64,000 nucleotides of DNA from NCBI GenBank assembly GCA_031271905.1, contig JAISUT010000025.1, forward strand, positions 30,522 to 94,521, in the 5' to 3' direction. Origin of the DNA: Acidobacteriota bacterium. GTDB taxonomy: Bacteria; Acidobacteriota; UBA6911. A program made the position numbers and the translations under genes. Positions within the stretch are counted from its first letter, which is position 1. Each line of letters opens with the position of its first letter. Below are positions 61,782 to 64,000 of the stretch, in pieces. The notes beneath the pieces are model-generated. The model was not told the origin of the DNA, searched no databases, and saw only the letters and a program-made list of their open reading frames with translations.

Positions 61782-62813
61782 ATGGAACAGGAAACCCGGC
61801 AGATCAACTTGGCGCTCATCGGCTTTGGCCATGTCGGACGGGCGTTCGCCCGACTCCTGATCGACAGGAGGAGGTGGTTCCTCAAGGAGCACGGCCTCGA
61901 ATGCCGCATCACCGGCATCGCCACCCGCGGGCACGGCACGGCGATAGACCACGACGGCCTGCCCGTGCAGAAGATCCTCGGCGCGTGGAAGAAGGACGCC
62001 GGGTTGGGCGCCTTCCACAACGGCCCCGCCTGCGCCTCCTGCGCCGACTTCATCCGCCAGTGCGGCGCGGACATCCTTTTCGAGATGAGCGTACAGAACA
62101 TGAAGGGGGAGCCCGCCGCATCCTACATCCGCGAGGCGCTCGGCGCGGGGTTGCATGTGATCACGGTCAACAAGGGGCCGGTTGCGACCCATTTCAGCCA
62201 ACTGACCCGGCTGGCGCGCCAGCGCGACGTGCGCTTCCTTTACGAGGGGACGGTCATGGACGGCGCGCCGGTGTTCGGCATGGTGCGCCACACCCTGCCG
62301 GCGACGCACATCCATTCCCTGCGGGGCATCTTCAACAGCACAACCAACTACATCCTCACGCAGATGGAGCAGGGGGCGCCTTTCGATGCGGCGCTGGAGT
62401 ACACGCGCAACGCCGGCATCGCGGAGGCGGACCCCGCGCTCGACCTGGACGGCTGGGACTGCGCCGCCAAGCTCTCGATCCTGATCCAGGCGTTGATGGG
62501 GGGGAAGGTCAAGCCCGGCGACATCGAGCGGGCGGCGATCTCCGAAGACACCGGCAGGCGGGTGCGCGCCGCCCTGCGCCGCGACCGGCGGTTGCGGCTG
62601 GTCGCGCGCGCCTACCGCCAGGGCGGGAAGGTCGTCGGCAAGGTCGAGTTGCAGGAGCTGGAGGTCTTCGACCCCCTTGCCGCCATCCGGGGGCTGAGCA
62701 ACATCCTGGTGATGAACACCGACACGATGCGGGAGATGGCCGTCGTGGAGAACGACCCCTCGGTGGAGCAGACCGCCTACGCCCTTTTCGCCGACTTGGT
62801 CTCTTTGTTGTAA
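61782..62813 (+). CDS. hom: Homoserine dehydrogenase
   Basis: IGFGHVG, HVITVNKGP, YEGTVMDGAP, GIFNSTTNYIL, GIAEADP..DLDGWD.AAK. Confidence 0.9.
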   Translation: MEQETRQINLALIGFGHVGRAFARLLIDRRRWFLKEHGLECRITGIATRGHGTAIDHDGLPVQKILGAWKKDAGLGAFHNGPACASCADFIRQCGADILFEMSVQNMKGEPAASYIREALGAGLHVITVNKGPVATHFSQLTRLARQRDVRFLYEGTVMDGAPVFGMVRHTLPATHIHSLRGIFNSTTNYILTQMEQGAPFDAALEYTRNAGIAEADPALDLDGWDCAAKLSILIQALMGGKVKPGDIERAAISEDTGRRVRAALRRDRRLRLVARAYRQGGKVVGKVELQELEVFDPLAAIRGLSNILVMNTDTMREMAVVENDPSVEQTAYALFADLVSLL

Positions 62814-62898
62814 CATTTGCGGCATAGGGTCGTGACGCATGGACGCCGCGCCCGACCGCCTAAGGAGGAACCCGATGCGCATCCATCGCCCAGCGCCC

Positions 62899-64000
62899 AT
62901 GCAACTTGTGAAAAAGGCGGCATTGTCGGTCGCGGCGGCATCGTTGCTCGCCCTCGCGGCGACGCCCGCGCTCCTGTCGCAGAACGGCGCGACCGCAACG
63001 GACGCCCCTGTCGATTCGTCCATCACCGGTGTGACCGTGTTCCTGAGCGGCGCCGAGGTGCAGCGCGAGGCGTCCGTCGCCCTCAATGCCGGGACGCGGC
63101 AACTGGTCTTCGACCAGTTGCCGGCGGGGATGCTTCCGCAAAGCATCCAGGTGGCGGGGACGGGGAACTTCACCATACTGGGGGTGAGCCACCGCGTGAA
63201 CCACTTGAAGCCGGAGGAGAAGACCGCGGAGGTCGCCGGGTTGGAGGCGTCCCTGAAGTCCGTCGGGGAAAAGCTCGAATCGCAACGCGCCGCGCTGGCC
63301 GACTGCGACGCGGAAACGGAGATGCTCAAGCAAAACGCCGCCATCGGCGGCTCGCAAACCGGGGTGAAGACCGCGGAGCTGAAGGAGTTCGCCGAGTTCT
63401 ACCGCGCGCATCTGAACGCGCTGACCGGGCGCAGGCTGGCGCTGAAATCTGCGGCGTCGGAGCTCGAAAAGGAGAAGGCGGCGCTGGAAAGCCAGTTGCG
63501 GCAGTTGCAATCCTCGCCGCGCAGGCCCACCTCGTCCGTCGTCGTCGAGGTCGCCGCCCCGGCGGCGGTGCAGGCGAAAATGCAGGTCAGCTACCTGGTC
63601 TATGACGCGGGCTGGACGCCGTCCTACGACCTGCGTGCGTCGGACGTCAACGGCCCCGTGGAGCTCACCTACAAGGCCAACGTCCGCCAGAACACGGGCG
63701 AGGCGTGGAACGACGTCAAGCCGGTGCTCTCCACCGCCAACCCGACCGTCAGCAACACCAAGCCGGAGCTGGACCCCTGGTACCTGTCCTTCTACACCCC
63801 CGCCCCGCCTTCGGCATACCAATCGTTCAACAGCAGGGGCTTGGCCAGGAGCGCGCTCGACAACATCAACGTTATGGGAGGGGCGGCGATGCGCGACGGC
63901 GGCGATGTCATGGCGGAGACCGAGGCGCCCGCCGCGCCCGCCGCGTCGGCGGCGGAGCTGACGAGCGTCGCGGAAGGCCAGACCAGCGTCGAGTTCACCA
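62899..64000 (+). CDS. DUF4140/DUF4139 (MuiA-like) exported protein, runs off the window end
   Basis: Manual translation MQLVKKAALSVAAASLLALA...SSITGVTVFLSGAEVQR...coiled coil...SYLV..AGWTPSYDLR...VRQNTGEAW..V...LSTANP; missing from the ORF track because it has no stop. Confidence 0.85.
   Translation, partial: MQLVKKAALSVAAASLLALAATPALLSQNGATATDAPVDSSITGVTVFLSGAEVQREASVALNAGTRQLVFDQLPAGMLPQSIQVAGTGNFTILGVSHRVNHLKPEEKTAEVAGLEASLKSVGEKLESQRAALADCDAETEMLKQNAAIGGSQTGVKTAELKEFAEFYRAHLNALTGRRLALKSAASELEKEKAALESQLRQLQSSPRRPTSSVVVEVAAPAAVQAKMQVSYLVYDAGWTPSYDLRASDVNGPVELTYKANVRQNTGEAWNDVKPVLSTANPTVSNTKPELDPWYLSFYTPAPPSAYQSFNSRGLARSALDNINVMGGAAMRDGGDVMAETEAPAAPAASAAELTSVAEGQTSVEFT

Overview
GC-rich bacterial chromosomal segment, probably from an anaerobic member of Acidobacteriota. 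This is inferred from the GWxTD protein, the acidobacterial-type VWA protein and the dnaK-dnaJ-hspR operon. It is mostly housekeeping and anaerobic metabolism: secretin 3' end, ffs-dnaX-recR, iorAB-paaK, pepA, smpB, class I fumarase, uvrA, korDABC, lnt-prfB (+1 frameshift), GH3, a partial EPS cluster, a Tat Fe-S protein with an AOR, dnaK-dnaJ-hspR, ferritin, hom, tRNA-Leu(TAA) and tRNA-Gly(GCC). Most notable: (1) two in-frame ORFs at 28113-29858 that read as one signal-peptide-bearing selenoprotein (H-U-S-V-C) with a SECIS-like hairpin right after the UGA; (2) a ~121-bp MITE in 4 copies, three with 4-bp target duplications, one of which splits an Rpn-family gene that is restored in frame on excision; (3) divergent enzymes with apparently altered catalytic motifs (an orphan XDH-family subunit and a heparinase-like membrane protein); (4) structured leaders and operator-like sites. 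No CRISPR array, rRNA or intact transposase was seen. All calls come from manual motif recognition, with no database searches.
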